From: Nitrososphaeria archaeon
Lineage (GTDB): Archaea; Thermoproteota; Nitrososphaeria; JACIWG01
Assembly (NCBI GenBank): GCA_050011875.1
Contig: JBEKIG010000015.1
Span: 1 to 64,000 of the forward strand
DNA: 64,000 nucleotides
Reading direction: 5' to 3'
Part shown: piece by piece, positions 61,177 to 64,000 of the stretch
Layout of the letters: each line of letters begins with the position of its first letter
Position numbering within the stretch: the first letter of the stretch is position 1
Translations under genes and position numbers: made by a program
Notes under the pieces: generated by a model
What the model saw: the letters and a program-made list of their open reading frames with translations, nothing else
Told to the model about the DNA's origin: nothing
The model's database searches: none

Positions 61177-61376
61177 ATAACCAAACTGGTTATATAACCA
61201 AACTGGTTATGTGCCCCTTACGTTTACCATATTAGTAAATGGCTCCCGAGCCAGGAGCCAGACTCGTTTCATAGCAAAAAAATCGCATGTTTTATCACTA
61301 TTTTTTTTAGGTAAATTTGGACTTGAAACGACCTTAAAAACTGTTTACCAATCTGGGAAATAACCAAATTGGTTAT
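61177..61376. repeat. Array of 17-bp palindromes WWWACCA-N3-TGGTWWW
   Basis: ATAACCAAACTGGTTAT x2 in tandem (61177-61210), ATAACCAAATTGGTTAT (61360-61376), degenerate copies at 61223 and 61344. Confidence 0.75.
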
Positions 61377-61714
61377 GACTTATTCCTTACCGATAATATG
61401 AAGTATGCTATCTCACAGATAAGTACGACTACGGAACCAACCCCAATAATCCAGATGAATAATGTGATGGAATCATCATTCTTTTTAAAATACCTCATAC
61501 ATCTGCTCTATGACCTTGCGTAATGTGCCCTTATCGGGGTACATCTAACTTAGGAAAAATCGTAGCCGAGATTTTGGCTAAATGAGTTGGGAATCTAATA
61601 ATAGCCTCGATCGATCGGGTGCACCAAATTCCAATGTTTCACGACAAGTCTTGATTCATTCGAAATAGTTAACCTTTTAAATGCAAACAAAGTATTGATA
61701 AATGGGTAAGCACT

Positions 61715-62269
61715 ATGGATTTATTCGAAGTCATTGATAAAAGAAGGAGCATACGCAATTTCAAGAATGAACCTGTAGCTACAGAGCATTTGAGAAAGAT
61801 TTTGGAGGCTGGACGTTTAGCACCATCAGGTGGCAACCGTCAACCATGGTATTTCATAGTAGTCAGAGATTTAGAGACAAAGAAGGCGGTATCCGCTTCA
61901 AGCAAGATGGAGAGGAATCAAAAGCTCCTTTCCAGTGCAGATACGATAATTGTATTGGTAAGTAACCCAGAATTGGAGAAAGAACATAGGTCTCCGTTTG
62001 TTTGCTCAGAAAGATCTTGGTACAAACAGGATCCGATGTTAGCTGGAGAACATATGGTTCTAGCTGCGACTGCACTTGGGTATGGGACGTGTTGGATCGC
62101 AGGTTTTAATGATTTTGAAGTTAAGAAGATTTTAAAGATTCCTGAAAATCTAGCAGTTATCGCGCTAATTGCCATTGGTATCTCAAATGAGAGCCCACCC
62201 CCAAGAGCTTTAAAAGCATTCAAGGAAACTTTCTTTAAAGACTCCTTTGGAATTCCATTAGAACTATAA
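61715..62269 (+). CDS. Nitroreductase family protein
   Basis: RRSIR, APSGGNRQPW, LAATALGYGTCWI. Confidence 0.9.
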   Translation: MDLFEVIDKRRSIRNFKNEPVATEHLRKILEAGRLAPSGGNRQPWYFIVVRDLETKKAVSASSKMERNQKLLSSADTIIVLVSNPELEKEHRSPFVCSERSWYKQDPMLAGEHMVLAATALGYGTCWIAGFNDFEVKKILKIPENLAVIALIAIGISNESPPPRALKAFKETFFKDSFGIPLEL

Positions 62270-62297
62270 TTGGATAATTATCATTGGTTCTTTATTC

Positions 62298-62639
62298 TTA
62301 ATGTGTTGGCAGCCTTATTATGGCTTCATCCGTTGGCAGTTCTCTCACGTATTCCCACCCCTGCAGTATCCAGTTCCTAACCTCATTAGTAGGAACAATT
62401 TTTTGACGGGAATTGCCATTTAGTCCAAGTGACTGCATTGATTTCTTGTTGAATAGTTCCTATAGCTGCTTCGGTGAAAACTTCGACAAGTCCCCAAGCT
62501 CCTTAATTTCTTCTTCAGTATAGCCAGCTATCTTCAAAAATTGACGATTAAATGTTGCAATAACTTCGTCTTGGCTCAATGCTCCTTTATTGGTTGTAAC
62601 AAGATACTTCTCAGCCGCCTTTGCATAGGCCTCCCGCAT
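62298..62639 (-). pseudogene. C-terminal tail remnant of an archaeal site-specific integrase, in-frame TAG at 62460-62462
   Basis: MREAYAKAAEKYL...GYTEEEI...NGNSRQKIVP..EV..WI..GWEYV..LP...AIIRLP, 25 nt from the tRNA-Ala 3' end; family assignment from memory. Confidence 0.6.
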
Positions 62640-62664
62640 CTTCTCCTAACAAATTTCTAATTAG

Positions 62665-62763
62665 TGGACCAGGCGGGATTCGAACCCGCGACCTCACGGA
62701 TGCAGTCCGGAAAACTTCTTTGGAAGTCTTTAACCGTGCATTCTACCCCTGAACTACCGGCCC
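62665..62763 (-). tRNA. tRNA-Ala(UGC) with a 27-nt intron (62705-62731) at position 33/34
   Basis: G3:U70 Ala determinant; spliced anticodon arm CACGG-TTTGCAT-CCGTG; BHB-like junction. Confidence 0.88.
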
Positions 62764-62945
62764 ACATTTTAGGTAATCTGTTTACCATATTTATACATAA
62801 ATCTTTGTTCTTAAAAAGTTTGAAACTATATGTTAAGACACTAAATTCGATAATAATTCAATATTATTAATACTAGCACTTTTGAGAACGTCTTTTAAGG
62901 TAAAAATTTTGGAAGGGAATCCGACTGTCATGTTAGGTTCGAGAG

Positions 62946-63998
62946 CTAAAATATGGAGAGCCTTGAGGATAATAGTGGAACAATTATTTCTTCTGCGGTC
63001 ATTCCTCCATGAGCGCCCAGAAGCGGTCTACTTCTGTCTTCATCAAAGTAAGGATACTGCAGAGCATTGTTACTTCGACTAAGCGCAATCACATCCCCTA
63101 CCGTTGTTTCAAGTGATTTCGAATTATCTACTTTTCCAAAAGCTCCCCGCATGATCAATTCTCTAGAATTGTGCAGGCTAAATCCATCCATTTTCTTTTC
63201 AAAAGCGTCTTTGAGGAGTTCTATTTGTCCGTTTTTTGAAAATAAGAAAGTAGCTCTGCTATCTCCGACAGGGGGCAGTAAAAGGTTTTCAAGGATTTCA
63301 GGATAGTCTTTAAAGAAGTAAATACCTGATACTTCTGAAACTCCATGGTCTGCTGTTAAAAGGATCAGCGTTTTTTTCTTTGTATCTTTGGATAATTTAT
63401 TGAAAAGCGTGTTTTTTAAGTTGTATTCCAGTGATTGAAGCACAGAAGTAGCCTCCTCGGAGTATGGTCCATACCTATGTGCTAAAGCGTCGAAGCCGCT
63501 GTAATACATGACAACAAGAGCACGACTTGAATTTTCCAGTTCGTTCCTGCAACGTGTGAGCATATCCGACTCCAAAATGTAAGGAGCCACTTCTAGGTCT
63601 CTATGTATCACTCTGGACAAGCCACTTTCTACTATGGAACCCCTTGTCACAACCACGGCTTTAATGTTATAGTTTTTAAATGAGGACATCCATGGTTTGA
63701 CTTTCTTTGAGTACTCTTCAGCGATGTCGATCCTATTGCTGACACCGTAGACCGGCTGCATACTTAAAGTGTTAAAGATTAAGCCATACTCTTTTGAAAA
63801 CATCTGGTACCCTATTATGTTATGCTCCGACGGAGACATACCGGTAAAGATGCTTGTTAAAGAAGTTGACGTTGTCGCGGGAAATGTGCTCGTTAAAGGC
63901 TTTGAAGTGCCTTTCTCAGCTAAATACGATAATACTCCCCTATTGCTAGCAATGTACATCAGAAAGCGGCTGTAACCTAAACCGTCAATTATCAGAAG
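62946..63998 (-). CDS. Alkaline phosphatase superfamily (nucleotide pyrophosphatase/phosphodiesterase), 5' partial
   Basis: LIIDGLGY at the window edge, STFPATT, D..AH.YG, TADHG, GAHGG. Confidence 0.85.
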   Translation of the reverse strand, partial: LLIIDGLGYSRFLMYIASNRGVLSYLAEKGTSKPLTSTFPATTSTSLTSIFTGMSPSEHNIIGYQMFSKEYGLIFNTLSMQPVYGVSNRIDIAEEYSKKVKPWMSSFKNYNIKAVVVTRGSIVESGLSRVIHRDLEVAPYILESDMLTRCRNELENSSRALVVMYYSGFDALAHRYGPYSEEATSVLQSLEYNLKNTLFNKLSKDTKKKTLILLTADHGVSEVSGIYFFKDYPEILENLLLPPVGDSRATFLFSKNGQIELLKDAFEKKMDGFSLHNSRELIMRGAFGKVDNSKSLETTVGDVIALSRSNNALQYPYFDEDRSRPLLGAHGGMTAEEIIVPLLSSRLSIF

Positions 63999-64000
63999 GA

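Noticed and set aside
61177-61376. CRISPR array
   Set aside because: Repeats are 17 bp, abutting or irregularly spaced, with no uniform spacers and no cas genes
768-62462. Genome-wide TAG (pyrrolysine) or TGA recoding
   Set aside because: Core genes end at the expected positions with TAG (mcm, secE, spt5, alaS) and TGA (rfcS, rpl1, argF). Internal stops are of both types and occur only in accessory genes. No pyl/sel genes are in the window.
62664-62870. 68-aa ORF MDQAGFEPATSRM...
   Set aside because: Antisense translation of tRNA-Ala, with no integrase motifs following

Overview
Chromosomal window from a TACK archaeon. The gins-mcm-hel308 order, the MCM 'TRFD' motif and the absence of rplX between aIF6 and pfdA suggest a Nitrososphaerota (Thaumarchaeota)-related lineage (inference). 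A conserved core (~13-47 kb) covers replication (GINS, MCM, Hel308, RFC-S), aminoacyl-tRNA synthetases (hisS, alaS, leuS), N-glycosylation, pyrB/pyrI/argF/purB and the secE-spt5-rpl11-rpl1-rpl10-rpl12 cluster. Accessory, partly decaying regions flank it (~0-12 kb and ~47-63 kb). There are four tRNAs: Gln-UUG, Arg-UCG, Leu-UAG and Ala-UGC, the last with a 27-nt intron at non-canonical position 33/34. Highlights: (1) a 2.2-kb mini integrative element in tRNA-Arg with a split SSV1-type integrase that regains a GTG start from the host tRNA CCA end; (2) a C/D-box sRNA with an extra hairpin; (3) a decayed island at tRNA-Ala with an integrase remnant, a nested inverted-repeat element and an array of 17-bp palindromes; (4) an archaeal ulaG and several other accessory genes, each broken by one in-frame stop explicable as a C>T/G>A transition; (5) an inverted rpl12; (6) an RNase HI lacking its first catalytic Asp. 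No CRISPR array or rRNA was seen. All calls are by eye; no searches were run.
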